Notes: generated from the sequence alone by a model not told the origin. A stretch of DNA of 64,000 nt from Piromyces finnis finn (GCA_002104945.1 MCFH01000011.1:372001-436000), one strand, 5' to 3'. Shown: positions 1 through 13,119, numbered from the stretch's first letter. Program-made: numbers and translations.

Positions 1-990
1 AAGCAAAGGAACTCATGCATGCACCGAAGAAAGGTAATAAATAAAATACAGCATTGTATTGATAATTATTTGGTAAAATAAACTCTGGTGAAGCTATCAC
101 CACTATTCCAAGTAAACTTGTAAATGATAATAACCCATCACTTCTTGTTAACTTTTCATCTAAAATAAACCAAGCAATAATAGATGTAATAGCAGGACCT
201 GAAAATAATACAACTATATTTATAATTAATATATTAAATGTTAATTTGATACTATATTTAAACTTTCTCTTAATATCAACTTTTTTATACAAGAATAACA
301 TCCTAATTTCTTATATGATATATTATATTCTTTATATAAATTTATATCATTATAATTTTGCATTAATAGAACAAGAAAATATATATTACCTGTATTATCT
401 GCTAAAGGTAAATAAGCTATACCAGCAAAAAAAAGAATCATACCAATTGAGCTACATGTTCCTCTACATATTAACAAAAAATTATGGTCTGTATCACCCC
501 AAGGTCTAATTCTTATTATTTTACAACCTATATAGCCAGCAATTACTTGGAATATAGAACGTGTGAATACAGCTTGTAAAAATGAGTATTTTTTGTTTGA
601 GATTTTCACACATAATGTCATTAATGAAAATGCTATTGTAGATAGTATCTTTATAATTAAAATTGATAAGATTAATAAATATTATATATATATTATTATT
701 ATTATATTAAAAAAAAAAAGCTTCAGGTTGTTTCTAAGGTGACAAAAAAAAAAAATCTAATTTATTAATAAATTAAAGCGATGTATTGCATTTACCATTA
801 ATATTATACCCCAATACTCATTATTTTTTCTTTTTCTATAAATACTTAAGATATTATTATGCCTCAATAAACTAACGTCTTCATTATCGATAGTTTCAAT
901 TTCAGAATCTAAATTTTCTATATTTATGGATAATGTTTTTCCTGATAAAGAATCAATTGTTGTTACATTACTAATACCAGAATCCGTCAT
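1..990 (-). CDS. EamA/DMT (SLC35G-like) drug-metabolite transporter, 3' end runs off the window; exons 990-796, 648-390, 213-<1
   Basis: Splicing at GT-AG boundaries joins ...YWGIILM|ILSTIAFSLMTLCVK...AVFTRSIFQ...LLICRGTCSSIGMILFFAGIAYLPLADNT|VVLFSGPAITSIIAWFILDEKLTRSDGLLSFTSLLGIVVIASPEF..., which is typical EamA repeat sequence. Reading phases match across both introns. Confidence 0.88.
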
Positions 991-2801
991 TCCTTCAATT
1001 CACTTTTCTTATATATATATGTTTTTTAATTATCTATTTACTTCTAGTTCTTATATATTTTCTTTTATTTTTTCTATTATTCTATTATTATAAATAAACT
1101 TGTTTATATAAATATATTCTAAATAATTTCTCTATATTGCTTTATTTTAATAATCTTTTGTCTATAGAGTAATTTGAATTGAATTAAAAAAAGTAATAAT
1201 TTGAAGTACTTAAAATTAAATTTTGATATACTGAAATACTAATTCTTCATGATGCACTTTATATTAAATTGTGTTTGTATTTTTCAATAAGCTTTAAAAT
1301 ATCAATTGAATTTCATATTATTACTATTTTCTTATTTCCTTTAACTTTAAAAACTTTTTTTTTTTTACTTTCATATAAATACTTTTTTTTTTTCAGTTTT
1401 ATTTTTTATTATTTTTTTACATAATATATTATTAAATAACGTCTACTATTATACTATATATTATAATTATATTTTAAAGAATTGTGTTACTTCTAAATTA
1501 AAAATTTTTTAAATTTATTTTTATTTTTATATAATAAATAAAAATTTATTCTATATATGATATCATTTTTTCATTTACTACTTCCAAAAAAAAATATATA
1601 TATATATAATAAATAAAAAAACTATAAATAAACAAAAAATAGACATTAAAAATTATATTTTAATAATATAAATCAACAAAGAAAAATAATACGATGCCAA
1701 TATTAAAAAAAAACTTTTTACAATTAAAATCCTATCTACTCGGATGGATATTTGAATGTCATTCAAACAACCCCGCAATGTCACAAATTGAAAATAAAAA
1801 GTATGATTTTTTTTTTAATTTAACCATATAATTACAAACAATATATACATATATACATAATATATTTAATAATTAAAAATTAAAATCAAAAGAAATCCAA
1901 CTAGGTATATTAGTATATAATTAAATTAATATTTAAATATTAAATAAACTAAACATTATATTTAGAAAAAATCAATTATCTAGTAGCTGGTACGAATAAA
2001 AAAAAAATTGAATGCATATTTAAAAAAAAAATTTTACATTAACTTTTATTATTTGTATTTTAATATCAAATAATCTCTAGTTATTCATGTATATTTTCAT
2101 TTATAAAAGTGATTGTATAATAAATATAATTGTTTAAATAAAAATATATTATTTATTATTTACTTTACTTTATATATATTTATATATGTTTAAGCTACTT
2201 CTAAGTTATTTAATATTGATACATCCAATGAAATATTATATCAATCGTTAAAAACTAAATATTGTAATTTTATTATTTATGATAACTCTACAATTATACA
2301 ATCTAATGAAAAATTATATCACTCTTTAAAATTATCTTTTACAAACTTTGATTCTAGTGTAATATTAAAATGTTAAAATTATATAATTTTTTTAAATTAC
2401 TAATAAATAAAATTTTCATTAATTAAAAAATGAAATGATCAATTTAAATATTAGAATTTAATAGTAGCTCCAATTATCCGTAATAATAATTTGTTAACAA
2501 TAACAAAAAGGTTAAAACCAAATAAACAAATTATTATTTCAAATAGAAATGATTTAATAAAATGGAAAAAAACAAATTATATAAAAATTAAATTATTATC
2601 AAATAGTAGGGGTTTAAATGGTTTTTTATTATTAATAATATTGTATTATCTATTATAAAATTTTAATATGAAAATTCTTTAAAATGTTATATTAAGTATT
2701 ATTTATGTATATAATTATAAAATAAAATTATAATATTATTATTTTTTCTAATAGTATCGCAAAAGAAATATATCACATTTACCCTAAATAAAAAAGCTTT
2801 A

Positions 2802-3710
2802 ATGTTACTATTAAAGATTTTAAATAATCAATATGACATTACTAATAACATGACATTTAAACATCTATTCAATCAATCTATAAGCAGTTATACAAATGTA
2901 TTAGGTATAAAAAAGTTAATAAATACTCTAAATACATATTGTAAAGAAGAAAATGATCCATTAATAAAGCAATTCAGGATTCTCCAATTTAATTATCTGT
3001 TATTACCACAGAGAAAAATAAAATATATTCCATTAATAGAAAATTTAAAGTCCCATCAATCTAAAAGTTTATCAGCATTTAGTAATACTAATAATATGTT
3101 AATAGTTCAAAAAAAAGTCATAAATCATCATAATAATAATGACAATAAATACCTTGACATTAATAATAATACATCTATAATAGAAAATATATTTTATTTT
3201 AATAGAAAAGAACTTTTTTCGCCTATAAATCATAACCACAGTAATTTTTATAAAAATATATTAAATAATAATAATCGAAATCAGTTGTTATTATTAAATA
3301 AAAATACAAAAAAAGAAGAAAAAACTAAAAATAATAAAGTAAAGAATATATATATTTCAGAAATTAAAAATGAAAAGGGAAAAAATAATGATTTACACGA
3401 AATTAAAAACATCCCTAACTCTAATATATTGACATTAATAAATAAAGATATTAAACAAGGCAAAAATAATACAAAATTGTTAATTCAAAAATTTGGTATT
3501 ACCAATAATAATAAACAAGAAATAATAAAATTGAAAAAGGATAAGAAAAAAAATAAAAGAATAGAAAAGATAACAAAACAAAAAATATATAAAAGATCTA
3601 ATAGATCCATTACACTTTTGGAATTAATTGAATTTGAGGAAAGACATAGATTAATTATTAAAAATGCTCGAGTATTAGATTATAATGATTGTGTTATAAC
3701 TAAAAACTAA
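2802..3710 (+). CDS. Hypothetical Asn/Lys-rich protein, probably the last exon of a multi-exon gene (possible upstream exons ~2087-2108, 2195-2371, 2465-~2606; last exon from 2755)
   Basis: A 302-codon stop-free frame is very unlikely by chance in such AT-rich DNA. The frame stays open back to an AG at 2753-2754, and phase-compatible upstream open segments exist. No family recognised. Confidence 0.5.
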   Translation: MLLLKILNNQYDITNNMTFKHLFNQSISSYTNVLGIKKLINTLNTYCKEENDPLIKQFRILQFNYLLLPQRKIKYIPLIENLKSHQSKSLSAFSNTNNMLIVQKKVINHHNNNDNKYLDINNNTSIIENIFYFNRKELFSPINHNHSNFYKNILNNNNRNQLLLLNKNTKKEEKTKNNKVKNIYISEIKNEKGKNNDLHEIKNIPNSNILTLINKDIKQGKNNTKLLIQKFGITNNNKQEIIKLKKDKKKNKRIEKITKQKIYKRSNRSITLLELIEFEERHRLIIKNARVLDYNDCVITKN

Positions 3711-4063
3711 TTTACAATATTTTTTAATAAAATTTAGATTATATGAATACACGTGATAATATCAAATGAATTATTCATTAAACTGTTAAATTATGTTATA
3801 ACATTTTAATTTTTTTTTTCTTTTTTAAAAAAAAATTTATATAGAAATTTTATAGTGCTTAGTTTTTTTTTTTTTCTAATTAATTTGAAAATTTTTTTAA
3901 AAAAAAAAGGAAAATAATCAACGAATCAAATTCAATATAGCTTTTTATTTCGATCAAGAAAAAAAATTTAATATAACTAAATGAAAGATTTTTATAATTA
4001 ATAAATAATTTGGAAGACTTTTTTTTTTCTATTAGCTAATATATAAAAAATAATAATATAAAA

Positions 4064-6083
4064 ATGGAATCTTGTAAAAGTGAAAGTAAACCTTATATTT
4101 TTGTTGGTTCCACTAACAAGAGTTTATCTGAAGTAATATTAAAAAAATTACAAATATCATATATAATAATAATTATTAAAGATATATATAAAATCAAAAT
4201 GTAGAAATTAAAATAATTTTCAATATACAAATAATGACTATTATTTCATCATTTACTGTATATTAAAGATAATTAATATAAATACAAAAGACTATATTTT
4301 ATTTCAAAAGCTTTTGTGATTATTGAAGATAAAGAATTCAGATTTTATATTAATAACAAATACAGTATTCAAAAAAAAAAAAAATAATTATAAAAATTAA
4401 AAATTATTAAAATTTATCACTATTTCAAATAGTAGTTTATGAATTTATAAAATACTTTAAGTATTATATAATGGATATGGATATAAAATATAGAAATATT
4501 CGATATATCTCTTATATAAAATAAAAAGTTAATTATTTTAAAATTTCACAGTATAGCGTTTCAATATACGCATAAAATATATATTCTCAAAAAAATTATT
4601 AATTTTAAAATTGAAAAATTTTTCCTATTCTTTTTTTTTTAAAAAAAAAAAAAAAAAATTGTTGTTAATGTTTTTCTCACCTTTTTTTTTTTTCATTATT
4701 AATATTTTTAATAACTATAAATATTTATTATTGTAGTTAATTACTCAAAAAATCGGCATTCCACCAAGCAAAGTTGAAATTAAAAAAAATGCAATTGAAG
4801 AAATCTCTATTGAACTTAAGGTTTCTGTAAGAGACAAGAATGTATATATCATTCAATCTTTTTCCGACTCCATTAATAATGACATCATGGAATTATTAAT
4901 TATGATTAAAGCTTGTAAGAGTGCTTCAGCTGCTAATGTTACTGCAGTGTATGTATTAAAAATATATTAAAATATTAACAATATATTGATATTTATTGAA
5001 AAGAAACTATAGAAAATAAAAAAAAAAAATACTTAAAATATAACAGCTAATAATACTAATTTATATAAATAATTTTGAATATTTAATATATAATATTATT
5101 TAAAATAGTATTCCATATTTCCCATATGGTAAATATTCTAAAATGAAGAAAAGTAGAACTGCTATTACTGCTAAATGTAAGTATATTAGAATATTATATA
5201 TATATAAATTTATTATGATTTTCTAAACTATAATTAATATTATTAAATATTCTATAATCCATGATAAATCTGATCTAAATCTATAATTGATAAAAAAAAG
5301 TGATTGCTAATATTCTTATTTGCTCTGGTGTTGATCATGTTATCACTATGGATCTTCATTCTTCTGTTATGCAAGGTTTCTTCAATGTTCCAGTTGATAA
5401 TCTTTTTTCTGAACCAACCATTGCCCAATATATTAAAAAAAATATTCCAGAATACACTAATGGTATTGTTGTTTCAAAGAATGCTGGTGGTGCTAAACGT
5501 GTTACCTCTCTTGCTGATCAATTAAATTTACCATTTGCTATGATCGAAAAAAAGACCAACACTAAGGCCACTATTATTGGTGATGTTAGAGGAAAAACTT
5601 GTTTCATTATGGTAATTTTTTAATTTAATAAGTATAATTAAACTAGACTTTATAATAATTATTAAAAAAGGAGTAATAATTTTAATTATATACAAAATTA
5701 TATTTAAAAAATATAATATTCATATGTCCTATATGCTGTATAATAAAATAAAATTTAAAATGTTTAATATTCTATTATAGGATGATATTATTGATGATCC
5801 AGAAGCTTTCATAACTACTGCTGAAGTTCTTCGTGAAAATGAAGCTCAAAAAATTTATATTGTTGCAACTCATGGAATTTTATCTAATGATGCTTTAGAA
5901 AAAATTGAAAAGTGTGATTGTGTTGATGCCATTTTTACTACTAATTCTTATGATATCCCAGAAGAAAAATTAAAACAAAGTAAAAAATTAAGTATTATAG
6001 ATCTTAGTGCTGTATTAGCTGAAGCTATTGATCGTAGTTTCACTGGTAAATCAGTTTCATATTTATTCAACCATGCTCTTTAA
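4064..6083 (+). CDS. PRS1: Ribose-phosphate pyrophosphokinase, fungal Prs1-like divergent subunit; exons 4064-4132, 4737-4948, 5109-5176, 5301-5611, 5781-6083
   Basis: Spliced product contains VYIIQS, IMELLIMIKACKSASAANVTAVIPYFPY, DHVITMDLH, QGFFNVPVDNL, VVSKNAGGAKRVTSLAD, DDIIDD, IYIVATHGILS and IDLSAVLAEAI. The motifs PYGKYSKMKK, SKNxGG and DDxIDxP resemble yeast Prs1. Confidence 0.92.
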
Positions 6084-6535
6084 GTGTGAAATATTTTATA
6101 TTTACCTTTTTTTATCCTTAATAATAAATAAAAATTAATAACATTTCAATACACCATCTTTTTAATTTATTATCAATAACATTTAAATAAAGTTTGATTC
6201 ATATCAAAAAAATAAAAAATAATTAAAAAATATAGATAGATTTTTATAACATTTTCTTTTATTATAAATAATAACAATAACAATAATAATAATAATTAAA
6301 TAAATAAATAAATAATTATTAAAAATATGAATATATGAATGTATAATTAAAGGTCATTTTTAACTTTTTTTTTTAATAATCTTAATTGAAAAAATTAATA
6401 TATCTTCTTTTTAAATTAAATGATGTAATAAAATTAACCAATGATATTGATTAAAAACAAATATACTACAATATATATTAATATATGTTTATAATACACT
6501 TAAAAAAAATATATATAGGAAAAAAAAGTATAAAA

Positions 6536-7958
6536 ATGAGTAAAAGTAAGCAAAAGTGGAAAAAAATATCCACAAAAAAAAGAAAATTAAAATTATTTAA
6601 GTAAATATAAAATGAAAGATTTGTGTATAAAATTAAAACGTCAACAAAAGTTAAATTATAATGTTAATTATCTGCTAACCAAAAATTAAATAGAAATAGA
6701 AAACTTGAAACAAAACATTTTTATCATCATTTTTTATCTCAAAAACAAAGAACCTCAAAATAAATTGAGTACTAATCAGAAAGTCCAACACTCTCATTTA
6801 GCACTTCAAGGGGCATTATTACAAACATTGAGATTACTTCTCCATGGTTACAAGAATGTAGAGGAAATATTAAAAACACTGGTACCTTTTTTTAAAGATA
6901 TTAGTTTACTAGGAGAACCATTTGGAATCAATGAAGTAGTTAAAGATTTTTATGAAAATCTAGAAAACATAGTACAAGATTATACACGTATTTACGAAAA
7001 CCAGAGAAATTTGAATGAATCAACACGAAATATTTATATGTTTTGTGACAGCAGTAATTTAAAAAGTTTGTTACTGAATAGACAATTTCTTCGAAAAATC
7101 CGAAAAAGCATAACTCAATTACAAAAAATCCTGAAATACAATCAAGAATATCAGGAGAATCTAGAAGTAAAAATGGAAAATGAAATAATCCAGCTTCGTA
7201 GTATCAAGGATTTAATATATAATCAATGTATATCCTTTTTAAATGATAATATAAATAAAATACGTCAAAGTAAAAAGCTGCTTTGTAAAATTAAGAAATA
7301 TCTAAAAGAAATGTTACGAAACGAGGAATTACTTTTCATAAACCAAGAGCATATTAATAGATTACTTATTAATAGAATTACAATAATTGAAAATAATGAT
7401 TGTGAAGTTGATAGGAGACTAAATGAGCTTGAAATTGAAAATGAAAAATCTAACCAATTAAAACAAGAACTCAAGGTTTTTTTAAAAAGTAAAAAAGAGT
7501 TTATAAAGGTTAGTGGTTTACAATTTAAAATAGAGGGAAATGGAAGAAATAATTCAGAAATTATTAAAATGTTGAATGAAGATGAAAATTTTAAAAAGGA
7601 TACTAATAATTATGATGAAACTATTGATGATTCATTTGTTAGAATTATGTATAAAGGTAGTCATAGAGTATTATACACTATTAAAAATCCAATAAATATG
7701 AAAGTCTACATAGCAAGAATTAAATGTGGAAAAATTAAATGTGAAAAAGAGAGTAGTTTTTCTAAATTTAAATTTATTTATGATTATGATAAACTAAGCG
7801 ATGAAGATATTTCAATAAAATTAGTTAAAAATGAAATAGAATTAGAAACAAATATCAAAAATGAATATTTAAATGTATTTATTTTTCAAACAAAAGAAGA
7901 TATTATTTTTGGAAAACCTTTTAAAATGATGAGTAGTAGAAGATTTTGTGATTTATAA
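6536..7958 (+). CDS. Orphan ~425 aa protein, coiled-coil centre and beta-rich C-terminus; exons 6536-6545 and 6694-7958
   Basis: Open frame of 417+ codons. The ORF-track TTG start is replaced by ATG 6536 with a phase-1 intron (donor GTAAGC 6546, branch-like GCTAAC ~6674, acceptor TAG 6691-6693). Confidence 0.7.
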
Positions 7959-9369
7959 AAAATATAAAAAATGTTGAAAGTAGAAAATTTTATTTTAACT
8001 CGATTTACAATCCAGAATATATGTTTAGTAAATATATATATGATATGGAACTTTATACAAAAAATAAATTAGAAACATAATTTTTAAAATTTGTTTTTTG
8101 AATAAAGTTGCCATATTAAATTATATGTATATATATTAAATATATTTGTAAAATCAAGTAATTGCACCCGCCATGAGATATATATAAATTATAAAAAATT
8201 TAAATATAATGTTTTTTATAATTATATTTACTCTAGGAAGACTCTAAGCATTTGATATATTTGTTACTTTTTTATTTAAAAAAAAAAACATTTTATTACA
8301 ACAATCTTTCATATCATTATACTAACATTATATAGTTTTATTAAAAAATGGATAATAAATAAATATTATTAATGAAATAAATATATTGTATTTTATTTAA
8401 AATTAAAATAAAGTTATTTAATTTACTAAAATTAAATATGGGTTTAACTAATATATGTATGTGTTTATATATTTTGCTTTTTTGTATTTATTTAATTATT
8501 TAAAAAAGCAGTAAAAGGAGTAAAATGAGCTATATGCTTTCTTATCTACACTTTTTTTATTTATTTATTTTAATCCTATTTTAATATTTATTTGATTTTA
8601 ATAGTGTCTTTTTTTTTCTTGATTTTTTAATAATTTTTAAAGTAATATACTTTTTTATATAATTTAAAATGAATTTAAAATTTAGGTGTTGTAATAATTT
8701 TTCAATTATTATTTCATAACATCTAAATAACAATACTTGTTTATTATTTTTTATACTACCATTTTTAAGTTGCTTTTTTTTTTTTTTTTTTAAAAAAAAA
8801 ATATATATATATATAATATTAGATTGAACTGATGCTTGTAGAACTACATTTCCTCCATTACCTTGATCGATGTAAAACTTAGCATAAAACATTTTCCAAA
8901 AAAAAAAATTAATACTATTAGATGAATAGCCTATATTGAAAAACAAAAAATAAATGTATTATTAATTGATATAATTTAAGATACCAACATAAAGTAGTCA
9001 GTATTTTCCAAAGAATTATTATTAGAATTGTTCTAATAGCAGTTAAAAAAAAAGAATAATTTTATTTAAATTAATAAAATTTATATATATTCCTATTTAT
9101 TTATATGTAAGAAAAAATACCTTGCTATTAATACTTTTATCGTGTAATATAGGTTGTTTTTATTACTTAAAAATACCTATTACTTTAATATAATCCTAAC
9201 CCAATTTTTTAGATAAGATTTAATATATCTACGTCCATTCTAAAAAAAAAATGTATTAATTAAACTTTAAATTTTCAATTGTATATATAAAATTTAAAAA
9301 TTATTTTTATAAAATAAATTTATAAAAATCTAAGAAAAGTTTAAAATTATTCAATTACAATTTTAAGAT

Positions 9370-10029
9370 ATGTTCAACGAGAATTTAATTAATGAAAATA
9401 ATTCATTATTAAGCAAATTGTTAAATAGAGGTTTTAATATTACAGAACTATTAATAAAAAAACAAAAAGCTTTTTGAATGCTTAAGTGAAAACTTATTTT
9501 TAAATTTTAATAATCAAGATCCTAAAGATATATTAAATGAAAATTTTGAATCAATTTTCAATCAATATGAATGCTATGCTAATTTGAATTATGATCGTTT
9601 GTTACTTCATGAAAACCATGAAAATGAAGATAAATTATCAGAAATCTTAATACTTCTTATTAATGATATATCAATATATGAAGAATTGTTTTCAAATATA
9701 TCAAATTTCTCTTTACAAGAAATAAATAAAATCTTTCTTATCAATATTCAGAAATATTTAGAAGAAATAATACAAATTCAGACGTCTCTTATCAATGAAC
9801 AGAAATATTTAGAAAAAATAATACAAGATACGGATTCTTCCTTTGAATATTTAGAGAAAGTTCATAAACAGAGTTTAATTAATCTCAAAAATCGACTTAT
9901 TGAATTGTTTAATTCCTTGAATATCATATTTCGAGTCAATTTTTTTTAAAAAAATTAATTCAAGATAAGATACTACAACTTCTTAATTACTTAATAATAC
10001 ATCGGTATAAAGAAGTAGTTATAAAATGA
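9370..10029 (+). pseudogene. Frameshifted helical orphan ORF (pseudogene or homopolymer sequencing errors)
   Basis: Three open segments (MFNENLINE..., KLFECLSENL...NYDRLLLHEN...FRVNFF, ...KKLIQDKILQLLNYLIIHRYKEVVIK*) change frame at the A-runs near 9460 and the T/A-runs near 9945. Confidence 0.45.
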
Positions 10030-12302
10030 GGAATCAATTCTTTATGAAGTGTAATTTATAATTAAGATATATTTAAGAGATATATTATGTATCTTTTGAA
10101 TATATTCGTAGCCTTATTTAAATTATATTTTTTTCTTAAATTTATGATTAAAATAAGAATTACAAATTATGAAATACATGTAATGTTTACTGAGTATATT
10201 TAGTTAAAACAAATTTATTTATATACAATACTAAAGTGAACTAAAAAAGAAACTATTATAATTTAAAAATTATATAATGCGCAAAATGTTTTATTATAAA
10301 GTTATTGTGTTTTAAAAATTGTATTTTTTCATTATTAATTTTTTGATAATTATTAATAGTTTTATTTAATACATTTTTATAAAAAGAAAGATAAATGTGC
10401 AAAAATAGATTGATTGTGAAGAAATAATTATTGGGATAAAACTTTAATATTATAATAATGGATACTAAATAATATATACAATGAATAATTAGAATGGCAT
10501 ATAAAAAATGATTAAAATATTATAATTAGAGTGTTCAATTATTAAAAAGTTATTTTTTATTTTAATTTTTGAACCTTTTCTATTTTAAAGAAAATGAAAT
10601 CTTTATTAAGAATACTTATAAAGTAATTCTTTTGCTATTCAAAAATAATTATTTTTAGAGTGTTAAATATTTACTTTATCATAAATGTACATGGTATTAA
10701 AGAAGCGACAACTAATCTTTTCTCACTTTTTTTTTATTATAGAAAATACGTTGTAGGATTTAAGAATTTCCTAAATTTTCTTTTTTATATAATTAATCGG
10801 ATCTCTTATGAATTCTTCTAATACTAATTATCAATAGATTCCATTAAATTCCATTTAATCCACTTATAATAATGCTTATTTAAATGATTAACACCTTTTT
10901 AAAACTTGCTTTAAATATATGTATATTTTTAAATTAATTTTCAAAATAAAAACAAATAATTAATTAATTATTTATTTCCGATATTCTTTATTAAAAAATT
11001 ATTTTAAAACTTTCAATAAGGAAATTAAATGTTTTTATATAAAAATTTCTTATATATATATTTTCATAATATAAATCGTATTAACATTCCTTTTATTTAA
11101 TGATAAATAAAAGGTATTAAAATGAAACATTATAAAAGAAAAGCAAGCGTTCATTAAAGCTATTTTCATGTATTTTAAAATAATTATTTATTTAAAAATT
11201 AATCCACAAAATTGATTACTAATTAAAATTTTAATTAATAATATCAGAACAATTTTAATATATATTTTTTTAAAGGTTTACTATGATCTATTACAATATT
11301 ACAATACGTATAATGTATACATTACAAGATCATATTGGAAATCCCGTCCAATGAAATCCGAGGTAATGTTTATCATCCTTCAATTAAAATTTTAATAAAA
11401 AGATGTAGATTTTTATTAGAATAATCCTTTCACACTAAATAATATAAATAATATATTATTAATATATAGCAGAATATAATGAAAATCTTCAATTTAAATA
11501 AAAATCAATAATAAAATGAATTGACTTAAAGGTGATAGAATATTTAATATAATTATAAATATATATTACAACATATTAATAACATATTAAATATATTTAG
11601 AATTTTAAAATAAACCGAATATTGTTATCATAGCTTTATTCCTACTCTAAAGATTAGGTTATGAAATATATAAATTTTAATATATATCGATTATACATTA
11701 ATATATAGTGCTATCGGTTGAAAAAATACAAAAAAATTTATAAACCAATATACTGAAATATATAGTCAATATATAGTTTTTTTTTTGAATATTAATAAAG
11801 TAAATGAATATATAATAATAGTTTAAATAAATCTCTATATGTAATTATTAAAAAAAAAAAATTTTTTTTATATATAAATAATAGATTTCATTGTAAAAAA
11901 AAAAAAGTGTATTAATTCTAATAGTTTTATATTTTTAAAAGCAATTTATGAAAAACGTTTTTTGCTAAAAGTAAATATACCAAGTGTCAATTTTGCTATA
12001 GCAAATTAAATAATAATAATAATAAAAAAAAAAACAACTTTTTTTATGAAATAAAATTAAAAGTAGTTTAAATATTAATAATAGAAAAGAAATCAAATTT
12101 TATCAGAGTACAGAATAAACGGAATATACCTTTTTTTTTTAAACAAGTTAATTTGAAATTGAAGAATTTTAAATATATCAATAAATATTGACTAAATAAA
12201 ATTTTGTTAATAGAAACATACAAATCTTACTATCAATAAATAATAATATAAAATAATATCATAACGTTATACCAAAAAAAAAAAAAATAAAACATATTAA
12301 AA

Positions 12303-13119
12303 ATGAATTCTTTATTAAATATTGCTAAACCAACTTTACTTAACACTGTTAAAACCCAAGCTACTAGAATAATAGGTTCATCTACTCTTAATGTTTCAGC
12401 AAATCTTTTAAAAAGATCATACCACGAAAACGTAAATATTAATTTTTTGATTAATAAATATTAATATAAATATTTTTATAATTATTCATAATTTTTTAAA
12501 GATTGATAAAAGAATAATATAGTTAAATAGTGTATTAGTGTATTTATAGAATATCTATATTAAAGCATTAGAAATTTAATAAATTTAAATTATTATTACA
12601 AATTAAATGATAGATAATAGAAATGTTATATTAATCAAAAATAATATTTATAATGAAAAATTAAAATAGGTCATTAAACATTATGAAAATCCACAAAATG
12701 TTGGTTCTTTACCAAAAGATGATCCAAATGTTGGTACTGGTCTTGTAGGTGCTCCAGCTTGTGGTGATGTTATGAAACTTCAAATTCTTGTTGATGAAGA
12801 AACTGGTCAAATTAAAGATGTTAAATTTAAGACCTATGGTTGTGGTTCTGCTATTGCTTCTTCTTCATTTGCTTCTCAAAAAATTAAGGGTCTTAAGGTT
12901 TGGGAAGCTAAGGAAATTAAAAACCAAGATATTGCAAGAGAACTTAGTTTACCACCAGTTAAGCTTCATTGTTCAATGCTTGCTGAAGATGCCATTAAAA
13001 TGGCTGTTAAGGACTGGGAAACTAAGAGAGCTAACAAGAAGAAGAATAAGAAGGGAAAGAAGTCAAAGAAGTCTAAGAAGGTAGCAAAGAAAGCTGAAGA
13101 TAACACTGCCTCAAATTAA
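12303..13119 (+). CDS. ISU1: Fe-S cluster scaffold IscU/Isu1 with N-terminal organellar (hydrogenosomal) presequence; exons 12303-12431, 12670-13119
   Basis: YHEN|VIKHYENPQNVGSL, GTGLVGAPACGDVMKLQI, KFKTYGCGSAIASSS and LPPVKLHCSMLAEDAIK; all three Cys ligands and the LPPVK chaperone motif are present. The leader is basic/hydroxylated, lacks acidic residues and ends KRSY|H. Confidence 0.96.

Noticed and set aside
246-509. Shadow ORFs overlapping real genes (246-509, 3281-3463, 5304-5525, 7265-7474, 12788-13084, 28711-28896, 29590-29886, 46254-46496, 47609-47803, 49089-49412, 49747-50037, 55199-55411, 59960-60160)
   Set aside because: Antisense or alternative-frame by-products of better supported coding regions.
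8581-8946. 121 aa ORF on the minus strand
   Set aside because: Mostly homopolymer and (TA)n-derived low-complexity translation; only a ~60 bp GC-richer patch (8821-8885) looks coding and it cannot be assigned.
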